A DNA stretch of 64,000 nt from Deltaproteobacteria bacterium (GTDB taxonomy: Bacteria; Myxococcota_A; Polyangia; Fen-1088): NCBI GenBank assembly GCA_033763315.1, contig JANRKS010000031.1:192001-256000 (forward strand), read 5' to 3'. Within the stretch, counting starts at the first letter, position 1; every line of letters starts with the position of its first letter. The notes beneath the pieces are model-generated. The model had not been told where the DNA came from. It saw nothing but the letters and a program-made list of their open reading frames with translations, and did no database searches. The translations under genes and the position numbers were made by a program. Of this stretch, positions 50,668-60,329 are shown piece by piece.

Positions 50668-51663
50668 ATGTCCGTCCCCCCATTGATTCTTGAAACCGTC
50701 TTCGGCCCGGTGCAGCTGGTGCGCGGCAGTGCGCCATCAGCGCAGAATATGGTTCCGCTCGCCACCGGCGCCGATGGCATTCAAAGGGCGCTGGAAGACG
50801 CGCTGGCTTATGGCGATTCAATGATCGTCATGGCCCTTGCGCTGGAAGCCGGCATCCTCGACAGCGCCTTCGGTGTCGACGATGCCGAAGTGGTACAGAC
50901 GTTGATGGTTGCCCTCGAGGGAGGCCACGTGGTGGCTGTGGCTCCGGGGGGGAACGCGGGCGGGCAAGATCAAGAGGGCGCCGCTGCGTGGTCTGCCTAC
51001 GACGCATTTGCCGCGCGCGTGGGAAAGGAGTTTATGGTTGCCCTACGTAAGCACCGTGTGGTGCCGAGCGGCCAGGTTCAAGAGATTCGGCAAGCGGAAG
51101 ATTACGATGTCGTCGCAGTGAAAGAGGCTGCCACCATCCTCGTTCGTCAGGCGAAGTCATCAGGAGGAAAGCCTTCACAGGCTGCGGCAGAGGCGTTGGT
51201 CAAGCACCTGGTTGATATGCACAGCGCCCCGAGCAAACGCGCGAGCTTCATGCTCTTGCGCGCGCCTCCCTCGGTTGCCGAACGTCTCGCTTCGCCTGAA
51301 GAGGTGGTGACGCCGGCAAAGCTCAAGAAGCTCAAAGAGCAAAAAGAAGCCGTTCATGAGATCAAGCTCGAACAGCGCTATCACGACGATTCGCCAGTTG
51401 TGGGCGCTGCCTTCACGATCGAATTTGAAGACGGCGTCAAGGTAGACGGCGCGCTCGATGCAAAGGGAAAGGCCGTTGTCAAAGGAGTGCCCGATAAGCC
51501 AGGGGTCGTAACATTTGCCCCGGACACGCGCGCTTACGTACCATCGCCGGTGAAACAAGCGGCGCACTATAAGGGCCGTGTTCCAAGCGACTCGGATTTG
51601 GATGAGCAGTTAGCGGCCGCCTTGCGAGAGGGAGCGCACGAGGGGGAGGCCGCCAATGGCTGA
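50668..51663 (+). CDS. Hypothetical protein with C-terminal transthyretin-like adaptor-type domain
   Basis: C-terminus 'YHDDSPVVGAAFTIEFEDG...GALDAKGKA...GVP...VTF' resembles effector-binding extensions of VgrG/PAAR; overlaps the toxin start. Confidence 0.6.
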   Translation: MSVPPLILETVFGPVQLVRGSAPSAQNMVPLATGADGIQRALEDALAYGDSMIVMALALEAGILDSAFGVDDAEVVQTLMVALEGGHVVAVAPGGNAGGQDQEGAAAWSAYDAFAARVGKEFMVALRKHRVVPSGQVQEIRQAEDYDVVAVKEAATILVRQAKSSGGKPSQAAAEALVKHLVDMHSAPSKRASFMLLRAPPSVAERLASPEEVVTPAKLKKLKEQKEAVHEIKLEQRYHDDSPVVGAAFTIEFEDGVKVDGALDAKGKAVVKGVPDKPGVVTFAPDTRAYVPSPVKQAAHYKGRVPSDSDLDEQLAAALREGAHEGEAANG

Positions 51664-53176
51664 CTCTGAGGCGAAAGAATCCGATAGCGGGACGTGGGCA
51701 CTCATCAAGAGCGTGGCGCACGATAGCGGGCAGTGGATCTGGGGAACCGTTGAAGGCCAATTCAACGAGAAGGCCTCCACGAGTCAAATCATCGTCGATG
51801 CTGTCATCAGCCTTATTCCGTTGGTGGGAGACGTAACCGCTGCCCGCGACCTCATCGCGGTTTCTATCGGTCTGATTGACGACCCCAAAAAGCGTGAAGA
51901 CAAGATGCAGTGGGTGATGTTGGTCTTGCTGACCTTCGCACTCATCCCTGTCATAGGCGGTGCGATCAAAGGGGTGGGACGCCTGGCTCTCAAAGCTGTG
52001 GAAGAGGCTGCGCATTTGGCAAGCGCAAGCGCCCGAACTGCAAAGTTCATGGAGGTGGCCAAGGATATGGTTGCGTTCCTGAACCACGTAGGCAAAGGCT
52101 CGGCTGAAAAGTGGCTATTGAGCTTACGTGTTGCCGAGCATCAAGCGCGAGTAGTGCAAGAGCTGAACAAGTTCTTCGATACGTTTCTAAGTGCCTTGGC
52201 GGCGGTCGAAAGACGCCTCCACCTTGTAATTCCAGACTCCGTGCTCGCGCGCATTAAGTGGTTGCGGGATGGACTAAAGAAGCTCAAGGAGTTGGTCTCT
52301 AAGTACGTGCCCGATGCCATCCAGGAGTTAGACCAAAAGCTTCGCGAGATCCAACAATTCGTTCACGAAGGCGGGCAGATCACGAGCCGCGCCGCCAGTC
52401 ACACTGTTGCTGTCGGTGCCGAAAACATGTCGCGCGTGGAGCAGGCCCGGCTGGTTCAATCCGTGATGAGCGAAGAGGTATCGTTCACGGGCCACGTGTC
52501 GCAGAACTCATCAAAGGTTGGCGAATTCGATTCTGTATATAAACACGAGGCGGGCTTTCCGGATGTGGCTGGTTACAAAGAGAAGGGGCACGCTCCAAAC
52601 ATCCAAACTTACGGTGGCAAGATCGTAAACAAGGCGCTCGAACCCGGGGAACAAATCTTTCGTGTTTTTGGCCCTGAGGGTGTCACGCGAGGAAAGCTTG
52701 TCCGCGGAAGTATGCCTGCTGGTAACCGTAGTGTCGCGTTTTGGGGTTATGGGGCGCCTCCTGCAAACGCCAAGGCTTGGCGGTACGGGTCTGCGGTGTT
52801 AGACGAGTGGAATCGAGATGGCTATATCCTGGTCGGCCGCATTGAATCGCCTAATGCGGTGAAAGCGGCCATCGGGAAAATCTCGAAGCAACGAGGCAGG
52901 GATCTAAAGAGTCAGATTCTCACCGGCGGCGACATGCAAGCGATGATTGAATTTTCACCGGATGTGACAGTGGCGCTCAACGACTTAGGCGCTCGTGCCG
53001 TGGCATCAGGCAAAGCCGAAACCTTGTCGATTGGTGGCGTCGTTTGGGAAGTGAAGCCGACAGGTTGGAATGATGTCAACGGTATCCACGGCTATGTTCG
53101 GTCGCACCAAGCGGAAAGCCTCGCTGTTAGCGTTTGCCGACTGAGCGACGACGAACCCACCATGTCTGAGGAGTAG
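51656..53176 (+). CDS. Polymorphic toxin / T6SS effector candidate
   Basis: N-terminal 'WIWGTVEGQFNE...SLIPLVGDVTAARDL' pre-toxin-like helices; C-domain 'IFRVFG...WRYGSAVLDEWNRDG'; followed directly by an Imm71/72-like gene. Confidence 0.7.
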   Translation: MADSEAKESDSGTWALIKSVAHDSGQWIWGTVEGQFNEKASTSQIIVDAVISLIPLVGDVTAARDLIAVSIGLIDDPKKREDKMQWVMLVLLTFALIPVIGGAIKGVGRLALKAVEEAAHLASASARTAKFMEVAKDMVAFLNHVGKGSAEKWLLSLRVAEHQARVVQELNKFFDTFLSALAAVERRLHLVIPDSVLARIKWLRDGLKKLKELVSKYVPDAIQELDQKLREIQQFVHEGGQITSRAASHTVAVGAENMSRVEQARLVQSVMSEEVSFTGHVSQNSSKVGEFDSVYKHEAGFPDVAGYKEKGHAPNIQTYGGKIVNKALEPGEQIFRVFGPEGVTRGKLVRGSMPAGNRSVAFWGYGAPPANAKAWRYGSAVLDEWNRDGYILVGRIESPNAVKAAIGKISKQRGRDLKSQILTGGDMQAMIEFSPDVTVALNDLGARAVASGKAETLSIGGVVWEVKPTGWNDVNGIHGYVRSHQAESLAVSVCRLSDDEPTMSEE

Positions 53177-53179
53177 AAC

Positions 53180-54061
53180 TTGTCACCAACGATTCCAGAT
53201 GATGCCGAGAGATACCGCATCTTCGCGTACCTAAAACGCGCGAGCTCCTTGACTGCGTGGCGGTACGGCCTTCGTATGTGCACGCAATTCACCCAAGCCT
53301 ACGAGCGGGTTGCAAAGAAGGCCGAGGGCAAGACTGTCATGATTTTAGGCCAGCCTTCGGTTCTGCTTCATCCCCAGGAGTTGGGCTTCGCTTTGAGGGG
53401 GCAGGCCGCGTTTGTCGAGGCCGTAAAGAGGCTCGAGCGCGGAGATCGGTTTTGCTTTCGGTATGCAGAGGCTCTCGGCCACTTTTTCGAGGGGTTTCGG
53501 GGCTACGATTGTCATATGAGCATGGTGCAGGGCCACATGATGGGTCATGCCACGTTTCCCATCGTGGAATCTGAGTTGTATCCAGAATTGGACGAAGCGA
53601 GCCAGGGCATAGGATATTTTGCGAACGCCCACCGCGTTGTTCTAGAGCCGCAGTACTACGAGCCTGCAGCTGTGGAATCGGCTTCATCGTTGAAGGACGT
53701 ACCTGAATACATGAATCTGCCTGAAAGCGGTGACGTCCCAACGCCAAGCAAGGAGGTGCTGGTACACACGAAGTCTCGGGTGCCGTACCACGGTATCTAC
53801 GAGCCCGTGAAATTCGAGATGGTCCGCTCGATGTGGCGGTTGTTTGGCCAAGCGGCCACGAACGAGAACACCGTGTTCGAGAGGCAGGGCTGGTTGAACT
53901 ATCTTACGGCAGGCAGCAAAGCGCCTCCGCTAAGGGTGGACATGGGGGATGTTTACACGCACACCACCAACACCGTGTGGCGGCTCATTTGGAAGGACGA
54001 ACGCTATGTAAATGGCGTGGTGCCTGAGGAAGAATCCAGCTACGGCTATCCGATCGACTAG
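53180..54061 (+). CDS. Imm71/Imm72-like immunity protein
   Basis: 'IFAYLKRASSLTAW'; 'GIYEP...LNYL...WRLIWKDERY...VPEEE'. Confidence 0.75.
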   Translation: MSPTIPDDAERYRIFAYLKRASSLTAWRYGLRMCTQFTQAYERVAKKAEGKTVMILGQPSVLLHPQELGFALRGQAAFVEAVKRLERGDRFCFRYAEALGHFFEGFRGYDCHMSMVQGHMMGHATFPIVESELYPELDEASQGIGYFANAHRVVLEPQYYEPAAVESASSLKDVPEYMNLPESGDVPTPSKEVLVHTKSRVPYHGIYEPVKFEMVRSMWRLFGQAATNENTVFERQGWLNYLTAGSKAPPLRVDMGDVYTHTTNTVWRLIWKDERYVNGVVPEEESSYGYPID

Positions 54062-54067
54062 GGCGAA

Positions 54068-54964
54068 ATGAACGCGCCTGCATACCGACAGTACAAGACC
54101 TCAGGCAAGGTCTCGTGGCGAGCGCCCTTGCTGGTGCTCACAGTGGCGTTGCCTATAAGTGCACTGTGCGCGGGTATCTACGCGCTGGTGGTTCGCTACA
54201 ACCCCTTCATCTACTTCACCGTGCTTGCTTCCCTCGCGTTCGGCGCGTGCGTGGGTCTCGTCGCGCAAATGACCGCCGAGAAGGGCAATTCCCGAAACCG
54301 TAGGTTCGACGTGGCCGCCTCGCTCTGTGCGGCGATCTTTGCTTTGTGGGTTCACTGGCTGGTCTGGATCGCTCTCAGAAGAACGGAGGGCCTGGAAGTC
54401 GCCATGCGAATGGCCACTTCGGGCGTTCACTCGTGGCTAATGTTCTTCGACGATTTGTCCTCCCGCCGGTTGCTCAGCATCACAAGAGGCGGCGCCCGTG
54501 GCGCGCTATCGCCCACCACGATGGTGATTCTGTGGATCGTGGAAGCTCTCCTGGTATCACTCGCGGCCATGGGGGCCGCCTTCGTTTGCCATGGCAAACA
54601 GGCGTTCTCTGAACGCACCGGCAAGTGGTCGAAGACGGACGCGCAGGCGGCGCTTTATTTCAACCACGGCAACTTCTCCGATGTGCTTGCCTCAATCAAC
54701 GAACATGGGCTTGGGTGGCTTAACGGTCTCCCCCTGGATAGCGATCCCCATCCGCGCGCGGTTGATGGGTGGAATATCTTGAACGTAGAGTGCGTATCTG
54801 AGCCCAGCGATCCGGAGTTCCGATTCGTGACAATCACTGGCGCCACGACGAAGCCGCGGCCGAAAGGTCGGCCGGTGACGCAGCACAAAGCCGACATCTG
54901 CACGCTTCTTCACGCCGAGCCTTCAGCCTACGAATCTTTGGTGGTGCGGCTGACGCAGCAATGA
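54068..54964 (+). CDS. Hypothetical membrane protein
   Basis: About four TM helices; 6 nt after the immunity gene. Confidence 0.7.
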   Translation: MNAPAYRQYKTSGKVSWRAPLLVLTVALPISALCAGIYALVVRYNPFIYFTVLASLAFGACVGLVAQMTAEKGNSRNRRFDVAASLCAAIFALWVHWLVWIALRRTEGLEVAMRMATSGVHSWLMFFDDLSSRRLLSITRGGARGALSPTTMVILWIVEALLVSLAAMGAAFVCHGKQAFSERTGKWSKTDAQAALYFNHGNFSDVLASINEHGLGWLNGLPLDSDPHPRAVDGWNILNVECVSEPSDPEFRFVTITGATTKPRPKGRPVTQHKADICTLLHAEPSAYESLVVRLTQQ

Positions 54965-55120
54965 TGTCTTCGGACATCCATGGACGTCCCCGGGCAGCGA
55001 CGATGCTTGTCCCTATTTGGGCTCACTTCCCAAAAGAGACAGAGGAGTGGGGGGGGCGCCATCTGTGCTGATGGCATTGACGCTGCGCCAGCCGGTTCCT
55101 ATGGTGGCGCCGTTATTACG

Positions 55121-55540
55121 ATGCCGCCAAATGATTCACGGGATGAGCAGAGCGACGGTCTGATCACGATTGTCCCGGGAGTATCCATTGGTCCCATTCG
55201 CCTCGGAAGCCTTGACGCCGCTTTTCAAGGTCCTAGGGACGCGTGTGGGCATCTTATCGTGCCCGCTGGCCTGAGTGCTCTTGTGAGCCGCGAGGGTGTT
55301 CTGGACATTTGGATCGACAACCTGCGAACATTGCGAACGCCCGTTTTCATCGAAGGCAAGTTGCTGCCGCGCAATGCATCCTACGATGAACTTTTCGAGG
55401 TGTTGGGGCCGTGTGGAGAGGTCGGTCGCGATGAAAAGGGCACGACGTATAACTGCGTGTATGATCTGTCGTTTCGACTTGTGGTGGCAAGACCAGCGGG
55501 AGCTCTCACAATCTGGGTCAAACGACGTCAAGTGGGCTAA
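55121..55540 (+). CDS. Hypothetical protein (possible orphan immunity-type); start uncertain
   Basis: 'IVPGVSIGPIRLG' N-terminal motif; same strand as the toxin operon. Confidence 0.4.
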   Translation: MPPNDSRDEQSDGLITIVPGVSIGPIRLGSLDAAFQGPRDACGHLIVPAGLSALVSREGVLDIWIDNLRTLRTPVFIEGKLLPRNASYDELFEVLGPCGEVGRDEKGTTYNCVYDLSFRLVVARPAGALTIWVKRRQVG

Positions 55541-55553
55541 GCCGTCTTTGCGG

Positions 55554-56518
55554 CTACTGAGCCGTATGTACGCGGTTACCGCCGCCGGCCTTTGCTAATT
55601 CTAATGCAAATTCCGCGAAGGCTTTGAGGCCGCCCAAGGTCGACTGATGTCCCGGGATGGCGGCAACGCCTGCACTGAGGGTCATCTTCCATCTTGCGTT
55701 GCCAAGCCGAAACGGCTGATCCGCCACTTCGGCTCTTATTCTCTCCGCAAATTTTAGTGCGTCCTGTCGGGAGGTTTGCCGGTAGAGAACGGCGAAGCGG
55801 TTCTGTCCGAGATGGCACAGCAAATCTTGCTTCCGTACGGCGTTTCGAATGCGGCGGGCCAATTCTTTGGCCAACACGAGCGAGTCCTCGGCAGTGGGCG
55901 GCTTGTCGATGTCGGCTACGACGTATGCCAAAGGCAGATCGTATCTGGCATGGAAGGCAAGTTCGCACAGTGCCCGCACGTCAAAATCGCTCGGTGCCAT
56001 GGTGTTGGTCACCGGATCGCGCGGGCCGATCGTAGTCATACGCCCGCGATAAACATCGTCAGCCATCGGATCGTCGATGTAGCGAAACACGGCACCGTTG
56101 CCCAAGTTGATTAGATCGTCGTTACTCAACTTGACTGGCAGACCAATGAGGTGGTGATTGAGAAGCGTGCCGTTCTTCGATCCTAAATCCTCGATAAACC
56201 ATTCACCCCGTTGCCAGAAAATTTGGGCATGACGACGAGACACACCCCGATGGTTGATAGGCAATGTAGGTTGCTGGTCGCGGCCGAGGACGAATTGTGC
56301 TTCGTCGATTCGCACTAGATCCCCGTGACCTTCTCCCTCCAAGCGCAGAAGATGCGGAGCGGACGCCCTTCTCGAATCCGTTCCGTCCCCTGCAGCAGCC
56401 CTAGGTGCGAGCTCGACCACCTTCCGAGGCGCCGGTGTATCGCCGGGAGTCTCGCCATCGCCCTGCATTGCGGGCAGCGCGACATGAACCTCGGCTTTGA
56501 AGCTTAGCGCCTGAGACA
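55554..56518 (-). CDS. FHA domain + degenerate GGDEF domain protein
   Basis: FHA 'GR...SRRHA...DLGSKNGT'; GGDEF-like 'RKQDLLCHLGQNRF', 'TLSAGVA', 'AKAGGGNRV'. Confidence 0.85.
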
Positions 56519-56690
56519 TTGCTTCTTTCCCGTGAAACGCGCTTGCGCATCCCATGACACTTCTTCTTTATGCAGGTTCATGAAGCTATTATCGGCCTCG
56601 GTCTTCGAGAAGTTGTTGAGAAAATATTGAATGTGCGGGCTCAGCCCTGTGTTCGTGGAAAACCATGCACTTTTACCCCTTCAAGCCTGC

Positions 56691-57041
56691 TCAACAATGC
56701 TCAACCTCACGTGGGACACGCTGCCCGCGACACGCTGTCCGTTCTTGCTGTACAAGTGCCTCATGAGGGCATCGCGACAAAGCGCAGGTATTGCCCTCAT
56801 ACGCAAGGCAAGTCGCTACGGCATGGGTTAGGAGGTGCAACGGTACATCGATCATCAGGACGGTTCCCGTTTCCTCAACGCGAAGGCAAGGTAGACCGGA
56901 GTTCATCAATGCGCGAGCCGCACCGTTCAGTTTGTCGACCGGGAAGGCGAAGCTGAATCGAGCGATGGCTCGCTGTGCGGCTCGCTTTACGATGTCGTCG
57001 GCAAGACAGTCAGGGGCGCGCGAACGGTCGTCGATTTGCAT
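56691..57041 (-). CDS. Small Cys-rich hypothetical protein
   Basis: 116 aa; AGGTGG RBS-like sequence directly after the HDOD stop. Confidence 0.4.
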   Translation of the reverse strand: MQIDDRSRAPDCLADDIVKRAAQRAIARFSFAFPVDKLNGAARALMNSGLPCLRVEETGTVLMIDVPLHLLTHAVATCLAYEGNTCALSRCPHEALVQQERTACRGQRVPREVEHC

Positions 57042-57052
57042 TGGTCGCCACC

Positions 57053-57970
57053 TTATCCGTTCTCGATCAGCTGGCGCGCCTGTTCGGCCAACGAGTCCAT
57101 GTTCGGTGCCTCACACCCTTCGACATTAAACAGCCCAGCCGCTTCTGTGATGCCGATCTCGGCACGCGCGAGCGCTGCCTTTAGCGGATCTGCATTTCGG
57201 AACCCAGCACCGTGACCGTTGTTCTTCAACGTCTGTGCCGATCCACCTTCGATCCAGGCATCGGCGAGGACGCCGGCAATGGCCGAGAGGCGTCCCAAGC
57301 GAGCGATGGCGTCGTCGCCCCCGTCTGTTCGCCCGTGGCTCAACGCCACCGCACGGACTAAGTCGTCGGGAAAGTTCCACCGCTGCAGCAACCACGCGCC
57401 AATCTCGCAGTGGTCGACGCCCATGCGTTCCTGCTCCACGGTGGCAAGGGCCGCATGATTAGTACCGGTCTCGAGGACAAGGACTTCGTACACCTCGCCG
57501 AGCACCGTCATGAACGCCAGACTTCCAATGTCTTGCAGAAGCGCCGCTAAGGCCGCTTCCTCGCCAGGTAGCCCCGTCCATCGGTCGAGCGCGGTTAACT
57601 CTCGTGCGAAGACGCTGGCCAAAACGCTTCGGCGCCAGAACGAGCGGTAGGCCGTGCCCTTGCCTTTGGCGAAGGCCACAAGAGCAAAGGACAGCACGAC
57701 GTTTCGCACCTGCCGCGGGCCGAGCATGGTCACGGCCTGCGAGACCGTTCGCGCAGGCTGCCGTAGGGCGAATGCCGCCGAGTTCGCGTAGCGGAGGACC
57801 TTTGCCGCCATGGCCGGATCGTCGGCGACGACGCGGGCGACGTCGACGACTTCGGGCAACGCGCCGTCTTTCCAAAACGCGACAATCCTTTGAGCTACGG
57901 CTGGAAGGGTGGGCAGGGCCGGATCTTGTTCGAGCCGGAATCGTATGGCGTGCGGCAGTGTCGGCGTCAT
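57053..57970 (-). CDS. HDOD domain protein
   Basis: 'LPTLP', 'DPAMAAKVLRYANSA', 'LLQDIG', 'DHCEIGAWLLQRWNFP'. Confidence 0.88.
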   Translation of the reverse strand: MTPTLPHAIRFRLEQDPALPTLPAVAQRIVAFWKDGALPEVVDVARVVADDPAMAAKVLRYANSAAFALRQPARTVSQAVTMLGPRQVRNVVLSFALVAFAKGKGTAYRSFWRRSVLASVFARELTALDRWTGLPGEEAALAALLQDIGSLAFMTVLGEVYEVLVLETGTNHAALATVEQERMGVDHCEIGAWLLQRWNFPDDLVRAVALSHGRTDGGDDAIARLGRLSAIAGVLADAWIEGGSAQTLKNNGHGAGFRNADPLKAALARAEIGITEAAGLFNVEGCEAPNMDSLAEQARQLIENG

Positions 57971-58294
57971 CGGGCACGCCTTGGCGTCTTGCCGGTCTCC
58001 ATTTGGCCGCCCAGGGCGAGCGCCGCTCCCCAGGGGCCCGTAGCCCACGGCGCTCGCCCTTTGCTGCAAGAGAAGGCGCCACCAGTCGATGCGAGCCGCC
58101 CACCACGAAAGCTGCGCTTACGTGGCTCGGGTCGCGAACTGCCTCTTTGTGTATTGTGGAGCATGCCCGCTGTCATCTCCTGCGTATAGGTCAACGTATA
58201 TCACGCGTTGCTCAGAATAACAGCCAGTTTGTATGGTGCCTATACTACTACGTTCTCGTGGGGGAAGGCCGAACCGGAAAAGGTGCCTGGCTAC

Positions 58295-58663
58295 ATGCAC
58301 AGGCGCCGGGACAAAGACTTAGGACGCAAAATTGGGGATGCGATTGCCAAGGGGCGACGCGATCTGGGCTGGACGCAAGAGCGTCTGGCCGAGGCGCTGG
58401 ATATCTCTGTTGTGCATGCCGGTCTGCTCGAGCGCGGTCAACGGCTCCCATCAATCCCGACGCTCATTTCAATGGCCCAGGTGCTGGGGCTGTCCCTCGA
58501 TAGCTTGTTTTTGCAGAAGCGCCAAGGCGGGGCCAAGTCGGTGGACGAAGTAAGCCGATTGGTAAACGCTCTCAATACCGAGATGCGGCCGATGGTTATC
58601 GCGTTTTTACGCGCAGGCGCGGCGTCGGCGCGGCCAAAGGCTACCGGGCGCAGGCGCTCGTAG
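58295..58663 (+). CDS. XRE-family HTH regulator
   Basis: 'LGWTQERLAEALDIS...LERGQRLPS'; start uncertain. Confidence 0.85.
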   Translation: MHRRRDKDLGRKIGDAIAKGRRDLGWTQERLAEALDISVVHAGLLERGQRLPSIPTLISMAQVLGLSLDSLFLQKRQGGAKSVDEVSRLVNALNTEMRPMVIAFLRAGAASARPKATGRRRS

Positions 58664-59432
58664 CCGCAGTGGCGGAAGGTGCGTCCCCGCGGGAATTCCG
58701 TCGCTGCGCTGCCAAGTTGAGGACGAGGTGGTCGTGCCACAGGCAGTTTAGTGTTTTGGCAGCGGCAGCTTTGGTCGCAACGCCGCGAGTTTGCGGCGAA
58801 AACGTAAATCATGAGCCCCTAAAAAGTAGCCACAGGCACGTCGCCGTGGCACACGCAGCCGTGGCGGCACGGTCGAAAATCAAGACGTGCGCCCGCCTCG
58901 CAATATCGCGATCTTGCGCTGCAGGTGCGGGGTATGCCGGCTAACAGCAATCGATACCCTCCAACAACCGTGCCTGAGGCAGCACGGGTTTGCCGTGGCA
59001 TAAAAGCTTGCGTCGTAAGTCCGCGAACAGGCGCGAAACGAAGCATTCTCAAATCCCTGCCGCACTCGCTTTTACCAGCTCAGTCCTCGGTTTTGGTCGA
59101 GGCGTCGAGGCTTTTCGGTCTTTGCTACGCTCTTGCAGGGCCAAGGGACTGGTGCCACACAGAAACGCGCTACCACTTCTCACTCTGAGGTGGGCCGTAC
59201 ACGTCCTGTGGCGCAGCACCACCCGTGGGCGACGATGACAAGCGCCCCCTGGGGGCCGATAATCTGCCCCCTTTGCTCCCTTCAGAAACTCCGACACTTG
59301 ACTTGAGCGGCGCACGGTCGTTGACGCTAAATTCCAGTTGCGTTGACGACAATTCGTCGCGACTCGGGCGGCTACGCCTCTTCCCGGAACAAAAGTTTCT
59401 AAGGCAGTGGGGTCACGTTAAACTCGCGATTT

Positions 59433-60329
59433 GTGGACCAACCTACGCAAAATTTCGGATCACGCCTCAAGGACGCGCGCCGAGCCGCAGGGCTTACTCG
59501 AGCGGAGCTGGCCGAACGAGTGGGGCTATCACTCGACTACCTTCGTTATTTCGAGAACGGAGGTGCCATCAGTTGGCCCACCGCTGAAATTATCGGCCAA
59601 GCCCTGGGCATGCAATCAGGAGCGCTCATGGTCGAGTCCGTCGAACACATGCGCAAGAAGGCATTGCGGCCCGAGGAGTTACCACACCTTGCCTGGAACG
59701 AGTCCAAGCTTGTTGAAGAGTTTGCGGCCATGGGGCTCAACATCCATCCGGCGCACTGGACACTCAAGGTCAGGTTCCGGGGCGGCACGGTCGAATACTT
59801 GGACATATCGGCGGTGGACGTCGAGCGCTTTTGGCGTGCGTTCCGAGGCGACCATGATGACCAGATGTTTTTCGGTTTCGATTCTGTGGGCAGGACAAGA
59901 GCGATCAACTTGGCATCGATCGTCTATGCGCATGTGCTGTTCGATGGGCCCGGGGGCTCTCTGCTATCGGAGGATGACGCATGCCAAATCAAGGTGCTGT
60001 TTGTGGATTCGGCAGAGAAAGCTACCTTCGGGTCGGAGCCGGACGAGCCCACCGACTACGAAAACGATCCGGACGCTTCGCTGCCGAATCTCGCCTCGTT
60101 TTTGGACGACTTGGAAAACTGCCCACATGCTGGGATGATCAGTGGTTTCGACGATGAGGATGGAGAGCGTGTCGAATTCCAACTGGAACAAGTCTGCATG
60201 ATCGAAGTTTCCCAATACCTGCTGTGGGGGTACGACGATGACGATCACGACGAAGACATGGGCGAAGAAAGCCGCGAGATCGACGAGGCGCCTCGCAAGG
60301 AACGCCTAGGCCCGCGACTTGTGAAGTGA
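59433..60329 (+). CDS. XRE-family HTH protein with uncharacterised acidic C-terminal region
   Basis: 'FGSRLKDARRAAGLTRAELAERVGLS...FENG'. Confidence 0.78.
   Translation: MDQPTQNFGSRLKDARRAAGLTRAELAERVGLSLDYLRYFENGGAISWPTAEIIGQALGMQSGALMVESVEHMRKKALRPEELPHLAWNESKLVEEFAAMGLNIHPAHWTLKVRFRGGTVEYLDISAVDVERFWRAFRGDHDDQMFFGFDSVGRTRAINLASIVYAHVLFDGPGGSLLSEDDACQIKVLFVDSAEKATFGSEPDEPTDYENDPDASLPNLASFLDDLENCPHAGMISGFDDEDGERVEFQLEQVCMIEVSQYLLWGYDDDDHDEDMGEESREIDEAPRKERLGPRLVK

Noticed and set aside
59431-60138. 235-aa overlapping plus-strand ORF; also 57604-58503
   Set aside because: Alternate frames over the XRE and HDOD genes with Arg/Ser-rich composition and no motifs.
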